64,000 nucleotides of DNA from Guillardia theta CCMP2712 (lineage: Eukaryota > Protista > Cryptophyta). Every line of letters starts with the position of its first letter. Positions within the stretch are counted from its first letter, which is position 1. The stretch lies in contig NW_005434629.1 in the NCBI RefSeq assembly GCF_000315625.1, positions 483,230 to 547,229 of the forward strand, in the 5' to 3' direction. A program made the translations under genes and the position numbers. Shown piece by piece: positions 50,061 through 62,748 of the stretch. Under the pieces are notes generated by a model. That model saw only the letters and a list, made by a program, of their open reading frames with translations. It was not told where the DNA came from and did not search any database.

Positions 50061-53000
50061 TCACGCGTCTTGTCCCGCGCACTTGCAGTCGCACTCGCCA
50101 GCCTTCATGTCATCCTGGATGACCTGAAGGAGAAGGTGAGAGGAGAAGGAAGGGGAGGGAGGTAGGGAGGGGGGGAGGTAGAGGAGGTGGTGAACAACCT
50201 TGGACGGGAACTTGGCAGCCTCCTCGGATGATCCCACGGAGATTTGCTGGGCGTTGACACATCTGAAAGAGGATGAGAAGGAGGAGAGGAGGAGGAGGAG
50301 AAGTAGAGGAGGTTACCTGCATGATTTCTTCGTGCAGCTGCAATTAGGCATGCAGGCACACCCATAAGGTGCTGCTCCACTTATCGCCTCTCCATCGTAA
50401 ATCGGAATATTCTGACAACAATCTTCAGTCCTCCTCCTCCTCCTCCTCCTCCTCCTCCTCCTCCTCCTCTCCTCCTCACCTTCTTAGGCAGCCAGTGAGC
50501 GACCGAAGCGGAGCCTGCAGGGGGTGAGGAGGAGCTTCACGGTAGGGAAAGGACCTAGCGGGGGGATGGCGAAGTTTTCTCCTCCATCGCTGCAGTAGCT
50601 GCTCGTGGGATTGTCGCGGCACCACATCTGAGCGGATCCGTAGGCATAGCTAGAGGGGAAGGTGAGCAGGAGAGAAGGAGGAGGAGCGAGGAGAGGGACG
50701 GACCGCAAGTAGGTTGGGGAGGGGAGCAAGAGAGGAGGGGGACAAGAGGAAGGGATTGAGGAGGAGCCACGGGGAGGGAGGGATTGGGGGAACGAAAAGG
50801 AGGGGCAGAGCCAGGGAAGGGAAGGAGGAGCCGGAGGGCAGGGAAAGGGGAGGAGGAAGAGGTGGGAGTTGCAATACCAGAAACCATCGACATCGAGGAA
50901 TCTGCAGCCAAAGAGTGTCGGGCTGTTGGGGTCTCCTCCTTCTAAACTCTGCACGCAGTCCTGGTGGAGCAGATACGTCAGAGAGAGGAAGGAAGAGACA
51001 AGACAGTAGGGAAGGACGGGAGGGAGGGAGGAAGAGGAGAGGAGAAGAGAGAAGAGGAGCGGAGGGGGGAGGAGAGGAGAGGAGAGGAGAGGAAACAAGG
51101 CAGGGAGAGGAAATAAGTTGCTGGTCACCTGCTGCATGCATTGGATCATATACTTCACTTGCTTGTCCGTTGCGCTGAAAGTTTTCTCGTCTCGCCACTG
51201 CACAGAAAAAAGTTTACCGTATGAGGGTGAGAGAGAGGGAGAGGAACGGGAAGGGGGAGGAAGAGTAGCAGCGGCAGCACTAAGAGGAGGAAGGAAGGAA
51301 GGAAGGAAGGAAGCGCAGGAGGAGGAGGAGGAGGAGAGAGAGGAAGAAGAGGAAGAAGAAGAAGAAGAAGGAGGAGGAGGAGGAGAAGATGATGATCAGG
51401 AGGAGGAGGAGGAGGAGGAGGAGGAGGAGCAGGAGGAGCAGGAGCAGGAGCAAGTGCATCCTCACCTTCGCGCAGTAAGAGTTGATCAGACTCTTCCCAT
51501 CTTTGATCAGATTGGCGTCGGCAGGAGGTTCAGCCGGTGGAGCCGGGGGAGGAGGTGGGGGTGGAGACGGAGGAGGGGGAGGNNNNNNNNNNNNNNNNNN
51601 NNNNNNNNNNNNNNNNNNNNNNNNNNNNNNNNNNNNNNNNNNNNNNNNNNNNNNNNNNNNNNNNNNNNNNNNNNNNNNNNNNGTGTGTGTGTGGAGTTGG
51701 GTGTGGGCTGGAGGAAGGGCACCTGAGTCTTCTCGTGCGTGCAGCGGCCCCTTACAGATGCACTTGCACTCTCCTCCGTTGAGCGCAGCCCGCACGATCT
51801 GAACCCACACGCCACAGCCGTAGGGCGTCATGGGGCGGATGAACTCCTGGTTCACGTAGCATGCACGACCCCTCCCGATGGGGACGCACATGGCTACGGA
51901 GGACCCGTCGTTGTCGAAGTAGCTCTTGCCCCCTGGTGGGATGGAGCCGATGGCGACGCCGGTCATGCCCATCCTTGTGTTCCCCTGCTCGCTCACCGTC
52001 CTCCTCACCTTCTCGAAGGGAGTGCCCGGGCACGTGCGATCGTTCCACAGGTACGGCCCGGGCTGGTACTGGGGCAGAAGGTTCCAGCCGAAGAGTTCGT
52101 TGAGGATGTAGATGTTGATCACCCCCCCCATGGAGAGGAACGTGTGACCGGTGTACACGTAGTCCCTCAGGTCTGCCTTGGTGTGCTGGGGGATGGAGGG
52201 GTAGTCGTGGAGGGAGGGGATAACAAAGTACATGGTCTCCCCCAGCGGGTTGGCAGGGTCGTCGTCCCACAGGACCCCCCGGATCTTGGAAGGATGCAGC
52301 GAGTAGATCTTCTTGATCTGCATCGAGCCCACTGGTGGCATGCTGGATGTCGCCGCTGCCAGCGCCAGGTTCGCTCCTTCCATCACTCCCTTCCCGCACT
52401 CCGGCCCCGCGTACATCCAGATACAGGCCTTGGGCCCAACCCCTGTCAGAGGATCCTTGCTCCACGTCCCATCCTCCTCTTGCTGCGGCTCGAGGGGAGG
52501 ATAAGCTTGCCCCTCGTGCAGCCCGGGGTTGCCCCTTCCTCCAGGGTTGTAGTCTCTGACCTGCTCGTCCCACCACTGTGCGCGATCCTCAGGCTCCTCC
52601 GCGTAGTACACGTTGCTGATGCCGAGCTGCTGCGACTTTCGCGCCATCTGCTTCTTCTGCATCGACTTGCTCGTCACGTCCTCCGCCGAGTGACTTCGCC
52701 ACTTGCCCTTGGGCCAGTCGCTGGGAGCTGCTTGCTTCCTGCTCCGTCCCTCGTTCCCTGTCTCGTCGTCGCCAGAGAAGCTCGTCCACTTGCCTGACGG
52801 GAAGTCGTTGAAGTCGTCCCGAGGAAGCGCGGCATGGAGATCCTTGCCGTGGCCCTCCACCTCCGCCTTGCCACCGGCCAGCTGGCTGCTCCTCGTCCCC
52901 TTGGCCTTGGAGATCAGACGGTGCAGGCGGTTGCGCATCAAGGAGGAGAACTTGCTTGAGCTCACGTAGGCATAGCGAGCAGTTCCAGGAGCTCGCTCCT

Positions 53001-53809
53001 GGCTGACTCTAGCGTAAACAGCCGCCTGCTCCTTCGGTGTCACCTGCCATGAAACTCGTCACTTCTCCTCCTCCTCTTCGACAGCACGTCACACTGACCC
53101 GCCTCTGCTCCTGCAGGCTCCTGTACGCCTGCTTCATCGCCTCCAGCCTCCTCCTGATCCGCCCGGCGAGCGTGCTGGACGTGGGCTGGGCAGGAGGCGA
53201 AGGCTTTGCATCCTCACGACCGGGAGAAGGAGGAGCGGCCGAGCTGTCATGAGAGCAGACTTTGAAGTAGAGTTTGCAGATGTGCTGCTCCACATTCCTG
53301 AGCATCTCCAGCCCCAAGTGCTCTACACTTCGCACTCCTGACACCATCTGGTACAACCTGGACGGGAACCTCGGAGGGTCGGCGGACAGGAGGCGCCTGG
53401 CCGACGTTGCTCGCGTCAGCTTCTGCTCGAGCTTCTTGAGCTTGTCCTGCAGTCTGCTCACGTGCCATCGACCCGTCCTTGAGAAGTCGTCGAGGGGAGC
53501 AGCCTGCCTCTCAAACATGCTGGCAAAGTCTCCCTTCTGCTGCTCCCCGCCTCCAGAGGCCTGAGGTGTGGCCGCTGCATGACAGCCTGCAGATGCCAGC
53601 GAGCAGAACTCAGCAGTCTCCGGTCCATCAGCAGTTCTGCCATGGAGCATGAAGGAGACTTTCTCCTTCCTGCTCTCCTGCTGCGCGTCCTCCATCTGTT
53701 GATCCATATGCTCCTGCCCTGTAGGGATCCTGACCCACATGGGGAAGGCATTGACAAGACCAATGAGGAGGAGGGCTTGAAGGATCAGAAGTCGTCGCGC
53801 CGCCACCAT
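50061..53809 (-). CDS. Secreted hypothetical protein with Cys-rich C-terminal half, multi-exon
   Basis: Signal peptide MVAARRLLILQALLLIGLVNA; long exons ~53099-53809 and ~51465-53044; short 3' exons ending AGECDCKCAGQDA*. Confidence 0.7.
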
Positions 53810-54770
53810 CCTCTTTCAAAGTTCGAGAGGAGGAAGATGAGGCGGGAAGGAAGGAAGTAGGGCAGAAGAAAGGAGCGAACAGAAGAGAGGATGAGAGAGG
53901 AGGAGAGAGGAGGAGCGAACAGAAGAGAGGAGGAGAGAGGAGGAGAGAGGAGGAGGTCGCAACCGGCGCGTTACTTCCCTGCCGCCATCGGTATCATCGC
54001 ATAGCGTGACCCTTGGAGGAATCCATAGTTTGGTGCTGATTTTAAAGGAAAATGAAACTATACCGAGTCATTATTTGTAAAAATCCATAAAGTTTACTCA
54101 TAATTTGTACTGATTAACATAAATCAACTGACAATCCCGGTGCCGTACAGTGACTCCGACGACGGTACTACCACGGCGCCGGGCGCGGTCCGATCGGATC
54201 ACCGTGCGGTAGGCTGGACCGTCACTGACTCGGACGCGGCCTACACTAGATATTTTTAGGAAAAAACCCGGGGACCCCGACGGGTTACGGTATCCGGCCC
54301 TGGCCGCCAGAACCGGGTCACTGGTGCAACTTATGCAACTTGCGGCAAGCCTTGGGGCCTGGAACGAGGGCCCGGCCCCGGGCCACTCGGACTCGGAGGG
54401 ACCGCCGTAAAGTTCAACAGTGAACAGTCAGTTCCAATCAAGATGACTCGAGGATGATCATTTTGACAGCCGCAGAAAACTTACCGTAGTACTGAGCATA
54501 GTGAATAGTCATCATTGTAACATCCAGGTTGACTTCATCATGGCATGCATTCAAGTGAGTGGTGATGATAACTAATGTGATAGCTCGGATGCCTTCCGAA
54601 GGCAGTCCGATCCGTCTTCCGTGAGAGTTCTTCAGCAACAGACAGGAAGAACATGAACTAACACGGCAATGGCCCTTGAAGCCTTGAGGAAGAGGAGGGA
54701 GAGCAGGTAAATAATGTAGAGATGATGACGAAGATTTGAGAGGCCGTCCTTGGATGTTAACCGTCCCCGA

Positions 54771-55910
54771 TCAGCCTCCTCCTCCGCCCCCCTCTGACTT
54801 GTGGGGGAGTCCGAGGAGGGTCTTCATGAACTCGTAGGCGAGGAACCTGATGCCGTTGTTGGGCAGGACTTTGAGCATGTTGGCCACCCAGCCGTGATAG
54901 ATTCCCCTCGCACCCTCGTTGCGCATGATGGTGATGAACGCGTTCCAAGTGTTGTCGTAGATCTTCCCCTTCATCTGCATCCTCCTCCTGATCGTGTCGA
55001 GGGGGTAGCAGATCGTCTGCGCGACCAGCCCGGCTGCAGCTCCCATGCTGAGGGTGGCGATGGTTCCAGGACGCTTCTCGGGGAAGAAGTGGTTCTTGAG
55101 GGTATCGTAGGCAGCGAAGTTGAAGGCAACGAAGGGGGCGATGGAGACGAGCGTCGGGCCGAGGCCCTTGTAGAAAGCCTGCACGCCTCCCTCCTGCAGC
55201 ACAGACCTGGCGGCGTCCATGACTCCCTTGAGCTCCGGCTGAACAGCAAGACGAAGTCGGAGCAGGTCGAGGGGGTGGGTGACGAACGTGGCGGTCATGC
55301 CGGCACAGGCTCCCGCCAGAAGCCTTCTCTCGACGGTGAGCTGCTTCTCATTCGGCCGTAGCAGGTACAGCTTGTACTGCTCATACGACATGAACTGCGT
55401 CCCTGAGTAGGGGATGACGCGCAGACAGTTGGCGCCGTTCCCCCTCCAGTACCCGAGAGGCCCATCCTCCCTGCAAATCCTTTTGAGCGCCTGCCAGACG
55501 GAGGTATACTTCTCCTCTCCGGGGTTACTGATGTGTTGCGTCTGCATCAGAATCTTCACCCTGTCCAGAGGGCTGACAGCAGTTCGCGCCATGCCTCCTG
55601 CTACACCTCCTGCTACCAGCTGCTTGAGAGTCCTCTGCAGAGCGGACCAGTCCTGATCCAACCTGTTCCTGGCTCTGAGCTGCTCTGATTCAAGGCTCTC
55701 CACCCTCTCCCTCAACGTCCTCAACTCCTTCTTGAAGTCTGTCTTCTCCATCTCCATCTCCTCGAGCTTCCGCAAGGCCTCCAGCCGCTCCTTCTGCGCT
55801 GAGTTCAGCGCCTGCTCCATCTCATGGAGCTTCTCCAGGTCCTGCTTGATCGCTTTCTTGAGCTCCGAGACACCCTGGTCGGGTGCCAGCGTTGACCCGC
55901 GGAGAACCAT
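54771..55910 (-). CDS. SLC25 carrier, TAAC/PAPST1-like adenine-nucleotide type, coiled-coil N-terminal extension (upstream exons likely)
   Basis: Three PxDxxK/R signatures: SPLDRVKILMQ, HPLDLLRLRL, YPLDTIRRRMQ; LAGACAGMTA; YWRGNGANCLRVIPYS. Confidence 0.9.
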   Translation of the reverse strand: MVLRGSTLAPDQGVSELKKAIKQDLEKLHEMEQALNSAQKERLEALRKLEEMEMEKTDFKKELRTLRERVESLESEQLRARNRLDQDWSALQRTLKQLVAGGVAGGMARTAVSPLDRVKILMQTQHISNPGEEKYTSVWQALKRICREDGPLGYWRGNGANCLRVIPYSGTQFMSYEQYKLYLLRPNEKQLTVERRLLAGACAGMTATFVTHPLDLLRLRLAVQPELKGVMDAARSVLQEGGVQAFYKGLGPTLVSIAPFVAFNFAAYDTLKNHFFPEKRPGTIATLSMGAAAGLVAQTICYPLDTIRRRMQMKGKIYDNTWNAFITIMRNEGARGIYHGWVANMLKVLPNNGIRFLAYEFMKTLLGLPHKSEGGGGGG

Positions 55911-56455
55911 TCTGAGAGAAGCACAGGGATATCAGCATGCAAGCATGAGTAATTGTTGCGGACAGTCGCGCTGAGTTGTGAGACTTGTCTGTCACAGCAA
56001 CAAGGTTCGCAGAGGTGCTTTCCTATCCGTCAAAACATTTCACTGCCTACCAATCACCTTACACCAAACACTTGGCTGCTTTCATGTTCTTGTGCTGTTC
56101 TCTGCTTCTCCCACAACCTCTTCGTCCTCCTCCTCGCTGCTCGTCCTCTTCTCACCTAGCCTGCCTACAGCACGATCCTGGCTCACCTCAGTCTTCCGGA
56201 TCTCGGGACATTCTCTTCATCGGCTTGTCCTTTCCTCTACCTCCTTCCCTTCTTCTTCCTGAGCTTCTCTTCCATCCATCCCTCTCATCCCTCCTTCCCA
56301 TCGCCATGATCCCTGCTACATTTCCGCCACGTCCCTACGAACTTTCAGAGGATCATCGCATGGATAGTTCATCTTTGATAAGGTCACATCACATGAAAAG
56401 TTCTCAACATGCTCGAAAAGTACTAACAAACGAAGTTCAAATGTCTCGACCTAGT

Positions 56456-56575
56456 CCTGATTTTTAACTTAACTTTGAGTAAAAGAATGGTAGTGAAGCA
56501 GGTATCCTGACCGTATGCCGGCAGCTGGGGCCGGTGGGAGCCAACTTTTTAGTCAAAGTTGAGTTAAAAATAAGG
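56456..56575. repeat. ~30-bp inverted pair of the conserved island motif (MITE-like arrangement)
   Basis: CCTGATTTTTAACTTAACTTTGAGTAAAAG ... CTTTTTAGTCAAAGTTGAGTTAAAAATAAGG. Confidence 0.7.
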
Positions 56576-58355
56576 CTGCCCGGCCGGCGGGGCCGCCCGG
56601 CCCGGCGCCGGCGAGCCTCAGTGAACCCGGTTCCCAGAGTCACCGTAGTCTGGCCCGGGCCGCGCACTGTCACGGGTGACTGCCCGGCCGGCCGCCGCCC
56701 CGGCGGCGGCCGGGCCGGGCGCGTCCGAAGTTCACTGCCGACGGTCGCTCGGACCGTCGACTCCGGCCGGGCGGCGCGCCGCGGCCCGGCCGGCCCCAGG
56801 ACACTCAGTGACCCGGCCCGGCGTGAATGATTGGACGCCGTGACGCCGCACTGCACGCCGCCGGGTGTGACCGGGCCGTACCGTACGGTCAGTACACAGG
56901 CTGAGGCAACAGTGGGCCAGGCTGGCACTGCAGGCCGCGGGCAGGCAGTGTGCCACTGACCGGGGCCGATCGGACTCCGGGATCTACCGGCGTAAGAAGT
57001 AGAGGCATCATCGCCGGAATACGGTAGGCTCAGCAGCTGGCAGGCTGTGTGCGCCGGCCGCCGCCGCCGGGGCATCATGTGTCATCACGTCACTGCCGTG
57101 ACGGTACGGTACCGGGTACCCGACCGTCCGATCGGACAGCAGGGCCCGGCCCGCCCCCCGGGCCCGGCGGCCCGCCGGACCCGGACTCCGGGGCCCGGCC
57201 CGGCCGGTCCGATCGGCTGACCGTCAGTGTCCGCAGTGACTCAGCCTCGGACTCACCGGGGCCGCCCGGGCCCGGCGTGTGCCCGCCGGCCCGGGGGGCC
57301 GCTCAGCTGCCGGCCCTGTTTAGGCCTGTCAGGCACGTGGTGGCCCCCGTTCAGTCTAAATATGTTATTAGATAAAAATGTTTTATGAAAACCATTTTAA
57401 TAATATATATGTTATACAAACAATTTCTGATAGAATTTTGAGATCTTTTAAATTAGTTTTCGGATCACTATTTGTAGTGTAGAGGTCTTTAATCTATATA
57501 ATATATTTTGATTTTTCTACTGTGGCAAGTGTATCTAAAACTTCTGTTCTATAATCTTTAAAGGATTAACTGAGCAGTCGCTCAAATACACCCTACCATA
57601 TCCAACAAGTTGGTACCAATTTAATATTTCTTGTAAGTTTATAAACTAGTTTTAGCCTGCCGGGGGCTGCGGCCTCTCTTCATGCTCGTGAGGCAGGGAG
57701 GAGGAGGAGGAGGAGGAGGAGGAGGAGGAGGAGGAGGAGGTGGAGGAGGAGGAGGTAGAAGAGAAGTACATGAGAGGAGATGAAGAGAGAAGGATTCATG
57801 TTGAGAAGAAGTCGAGTTGAGAAGGACATGGAGGATTCTTGTGAGCAACATGATAGTTTGTTCCCCGATCCGTTGGTGTTGCGAGTGCGCATGGTGGAGA
57901 TGGAGCATCCCTTCACTTTGGCGACTTTGGCGTTATGTGCATGTTGTCTCGGATAGTATGCACTCACGATCAAATTTATGAGACAACACGATTCGAGCGA
58001 TCATCAAAGTATTGCCAGGATCATGAAAGCCAGAGGTAGAAGATTAAGGATGCATGCGCTTTGTGTTGGCAACGATAGATTCAGATCTATGACAATCCCC
58101 ATCAGCTTCAACTAGTTCTAGCAGCAGCAGCAGCAGAAGCAGCAGCAGCAGAGGGAAGAGGAGGAATAGCATTCAGCAGCAGCAGCCAGCTGGCAGCTAG
58201 CGGCAGCACAATTTCGGAATGAGGTAGTGAGAATCTTTTCGTTGTGATTCCCTCGGAGTTGCAGTCTCAGACATAGATCGTCACATGTTGTTGCCCTCTT
58301 TCCCCCACCCCTCCCTTTCTCCTCCCGAAGGCTCCCCCCACTGACTCCTATGCAG

Positions 58356-59948
58356 CGTATCTCTGGTTCCGGCACAAACTGGAGCCACCTGAACCGACAA
58401 ACGAGGAACGAGGAGAGAGGAGAGCGAAAGACAGAGGAGGGGAGAACAACCAGTTGGCTGCTCAGTACCTGCTCCTGCGTGAGCCCAAAGCTTCGTTCAC
58501 GTTGATCCAACACATGACGGGAACAAGGACTCAATGTACGCGTATCACCTTGTGGGGGTTTGACATAAGCTATTTATCGCCTAATGTAAGTGGCGTTGTG
58601 CTTTCCCTTTGCTTTTCCTTCCATTCGTTCCTCCTCCCTCCCTCCCTCCCTCCCTCCCTTCCCCTCCCTCCCTTCCCTCCCTTCCCTCCCTGACTCCCTC
58701 CCTTCCCCTCCCCTTTCCCCTTCACTTATCCTCGACACCATCATTCAATCACCACCAGTTGCCTCATAGTGCCAACGCGAAAGTGACGGCTTGTTCTCAG
58801 GTTCAGCTCTGCATCCTCGGCGGGGCGATGCTCTTCTGCCATGTCCTGCAAGGGATCTTAACAGAGCACGTGGCCAAGGGCGTGCTAGTCGGGCTGATGT
58901 GGGTAGCAGCAGCGGTGGAGCTGTTTATGTACACTGTCCTCTCCTTCGTGGAGATGAAGATGACGCGCCTGTCCGTCAACTTCTCCTCCATCCCCTGGGG
59001 TTCCTATACAGCCGTCGCGCTGTGCATCTCGCTGGGCCGAGGGCTGACGTGGGTGGGCTACGGGACTCTGAGCTACCCGACTGTTCTCCTCTTCAAGAGC
59101 TCCAAGATCATCGTCGTCATGCTCTCCGGGCTGATCATCCTCAAAAAGCGGTTTGCTGCTGCTGAGTACGCAGCCGCCTCCCTCGCGGTCGCAGGATTGT
59201 ACATGTTCTCCGCTGCCGACAAGATCAGGGACAAGACGGAGGGGACGGATACGGTGGGAGGGATTGGGATGATGCTGCTGGCCGTCGCGTCGGAGGCGAC
59301 GGTGAGCACGTTGCAGGAGCGAGCACTGCACAGGGAGCACCGTCCTCTTGCTGAGATGATCTTCGTGACTAACGGGATCGGTGCGGTCTTCCTTGCCGTC
59401 ATCGCCTTCTTCCTGGGGGAGCTGAAGCTCTTCGAGGAGCGAATAGAGGTGAGGAGGAGGAGCAGGAGGAGTTGAGAGGGAGGATGCTGACTTGCCTTCA
59501 GTCGAATCCCGACGCGCTGCTCTGGCTGCTCGCAACAGTCTCTCTGGCCTACGGAGGAAGCTACGCCTTCACTGCATGTATCAAGGGCTTCGGTGCCGTT
59601 ATGGCGACCGGCATGGGCATCTGTCGCAAGTTTGTGAGCGTGTTTGCCTCCTACATCCTCTTCCCCAAGCCCTTCTTCGTCCAGCACGCCGCCGGCCTCG
59701 TCGTGTTCTTTGCTGGCCTCATCGTCTCCTGGATTCACAGCTGGACTAAGAGCGCCTCGCATGCCGAGCAGCACGAGGCCATGCATGACAACGCGCACAA
59801 GGGCGGTGCGTCCAAGGAGCATGAGGGGGGCGGGAGGAAGCGATCGGTGTCGCCCTCCCCCAGGCTCAGCTACCTGCTCAGCTCCACCAACCTGCTGGAC
59901 CTCGACGATGAAGAGGAGGATAAGGTGGCTCCTTCCGGCCCGAATTAA
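58356..59948 (+). CDS. UAA-family nucleotide-sugar/PAPS transporter (SLC35B3/PAPST2-like); start upstream and uncertain
   Basis: ITLWGFDISYLSPN|VQLCILGG..LQGILTE; LSYPTVLLFKSSKIIVVM; LQE..AEM; CIKGFGA..CRKFVSVFASYILFPKPF. Many TM segments. Confidence 0.85.
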
Positions 59949-60397
59949 AATGACAGATTAGAAAATTGATCCTCTCCTCCTCCTCCCCCCCCTTTCTTCC
60001 TGTCCCCGTGTGCATCCTCCTCCTCCTCCTCCTCCTCCTCCTCCTCATCATCATCATCATCATCACCGGCTCCGTCGTCGTCGTCGTCGTCGTCGTCGTC
60101 ATCATCATCATCGGCTTCGTCATCGGCTTCGTCATCATCATCATCATCGGCTTCGTCTTCACCGTCGTCGTGACCGACATCGGGGAGGTCATGGTGGAGA
60201 TGTTCGAATCGATCTGCGAGATGCGCTGACAGGGAGCTGATGACGATGTGAAACGAGGGGAGGGACGAGAGAGGAGGAGAGGAGAGAGAGATGAAGGCAT
60301 TTGAGAGGTAAGAGCACGGGTGTGTAGGAAGCGGAGGACAGGGAAGGTACGAGGGGTTAACTTTTCCATTGCATGTTTTATCAAGACATTGTCTACT

Positions 60398-61375
60398 TTA
60401 GTTCTTGTTAGACTTATCCTGGCGGCGGCGCTGCTCCTCGATGATGGAGTGCTTGATACCCTGAGTGCGGAGGATGTAGGCCTTCTCAGGCTTCTTGCCC
60501 GTGGCCAGAACGAACACGTTGCTCTGACGGGTGGCCCAGGTGGCGCCAGTCTTGTCCTTGATGTGAACGATGTTGTGCGATCCAGGATGCTTCTCCGTGG
60601 ACTGAGACAGCAGTGAGCACAAAGAGCGAAGGAGGAGGGGAGGGAGGAGAGGAGGGAGAAGAAACAGGATAAAAAGAGAGAAGGACGGGGAATTCACCTG
60701 AATGATTCCGACACGCCCGATGTTGTGACCCCCAGTGATTGCGCACACGTTGCCAACCTGCCTCTCACGTGAGAAATAACAACGCAGAGAAAGCAAAGAG
60801 ATGGACAAGAAGAGAAGAAGTGAAAAGGAGGAGGAGGAGGAGACTACCTCGAACTTGGAGAATCCGATGATGGTGTTGGTGGCGAGATCGATCTGGACGG
60901 TGTCGTTGGGCTTGATGAGAGGGTCGGGGTAGCGGATGGTGCGGCCGTCATGAGTGACGATGTAGGGGACCTTGTTGATGCCAACGCCAAGGCTCTTGAC
61001 GCGGCAGAGCTTGTGCTGGGCGTCGGCCTGGGTGAGGCGGTGGAGGACGAACCTTCCCTTGGTGTCGTGAAGGAGACGGAAGTGCTCGCCGGTCTTCTCG
61101 ATCGAGAGCACGTCCATGAAGCCGCAGGGGTAGGTCACGTCGGTCCTGATCTTGCCGTCCACCTTGATGCTCCGGCTGTTCATGATAACCTTGGCCTCTG
61201 AGTAAGTCAGAGCGTACTTGAGCCTGTTGCGGATGAGCAGCAGCAGGGGGATGCACTCCCTGAGCTTGTGCGGACCAGCGGAGGGACGGGGGGCAAAGAC
61301 TCCCGTCAGCTTGTCAAGCATCCAGTGCTTGGGCGCTGTGATGCGCTTCAAGTGCTTCCTTGGTCCGCGAGCCAT
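60398..61375 (-). CDS. RPS4: 40S ribosomal protein S4 (eS4); exons 61375-60848, 60757-60698, 60601-60398
   Basis: [38 protein letters not shown]; [12 protein letters not shown]; GGHNIGRVG. Confidence 0.98.
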   Translation of the reverse strand: MARGPRKHLKRITAPKHWMLDKLTGVFAPRPSAGPHKLRECIPLLLLIRNRLKYALTYSEAKVIMNSRSIKVDGKIRTDVTYPCGFMDVLSIEKTGEHFRLLHDTKGRFVLHRLTQADAQHKLCRVKSLGVGINKVPYIVTHDGRTIRYPDPLIKPNDTVQIDLATNTIIGFSKFEVVSSSSSFSLLLFLSISLLSLRCYFSRERQVGNVCAITGGHNIGRVGIIQVNSPSFSLFILFLLPPLLPPLLLRSLCSLLSQSTEKHPGSHNIVHIKDKTGATWATRQSNVFVLATGKKPEKAYILRTQGIKHSIIEEQRRRQDKSNKN

Positions 61376-62748
61376 GGTTACCTGCACAACAAGTCGTGAG
61401 GAACTTGACAGTTGAAAAAAATTCGCAATCAAAAAGTCGACATCCTCCTCGCCCCTGCTCCGCTCGCCCTGCCACCTCTCTGCTTCTACCAATGCTATTC
61501 CTTGCCTACACTTCCAGACATTATCTGCTGCTACTGCTGCAGCTGTTGCCACTGCTGCTCATGCTGCCGTTATATCACTACAAAAGAGATCCCTCCTTCC
61601 TTCTGCCCTGTCTCCTTCTGCATCGTCAAGGGGTATCATGCTGTCAAGTACGACAGCGACACAAGACAGGCTGCAGGAAGATACACAGAAGATTTTCCAT
61701 GATGCCTCTTCTGAAATCTACATGCACACCGTGCTGCTTCTGTCTCAGACAACCAAACACATTTCACTTGGATAACCACGGCTGTTCTTCACCAATTGTG
61801 CTGCATCCGTTCTTTGTGTTCCGCTCATGGCTGTCAAAACCTCTTCTCCCTCTTCATCACTGAAATATCCCACATCCTGATCCTTAACATCATCTCAGGC
61901 CTCTCCGTCCTCCTGCCGCCCGAAGCAGACTGTGACCGCGTACACACAACATTAAGCACTGGTCATGAGTACTGCAACCTGGATCTCTATGCACCACTCC
62001 TTCTCTTCCTCGTGTGATCACAGGTCTAGTAAGCTTCTACTACCTCCTTCTCCTTCTCCTTCTCCTCCTCCTCCTCCTCCTCCTCCTCCCCATCATCATC
62101 GTCAGCGCTGCTATCTGCATGCTCACCTTCCTTGATTTCCCTCGTGCGATTCTCTCTTTTTTTTTTACCCACCCTACCCAAGGATTCCCCATCACCCCCA
62201 CCCCCTAATTCCATCTTGACACCGGTACTTTATAGGCTATTTCCAAAGGTTTTGCATGCCACCCACCCACCTTAAGCAGCGCTAGTTATAGAAGGGGTGG
62301 GTCCCTTACCCGTGCAAGATCCTTTTTGGCGTTATGCATGAAATTATTCACATCGAGTGAACTTTTGAAATTTTGGAAGGAAATTCTCAACACAAAACCC
62401 TTCGAAACTTTCACAAGTTGGAGCGCTAAACTCTAATCAACAAACTTTCGAAACTTCTGATTGAAAGTTTCAAAGTTTCTCAATAGATCTCCCCTCATCT
62501 CCGCATCCTTTTCCCTCCTCCTTGCCCTTCGCCTCCTGCCCCCCTTAACCCCCCCCCACACACACACCTTCCCCCTCCTCCCCTGCCCTCCTGCCCTTCT
62601 GCCCTCCTGCCCTTCTGCCCTTCTCCCTCCTGCCTTCTGCCTCCTGCCTCCTGCCTCCTGCCTCCTGCCTCCTGCCTCCTGCCTCCTGCCTCCTGCCTCC
62701 TGCCTCTCCTTTTTTTCCATTTCCTTCGTCTCATCAACGCTTTGAAGG

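Noticed and set aside
61376-61552. N-terminal extension of the 384-aa RPS4 ORF
   Set aside because: The conserved start MARGP is at 61375; upstream is UTR or intron.
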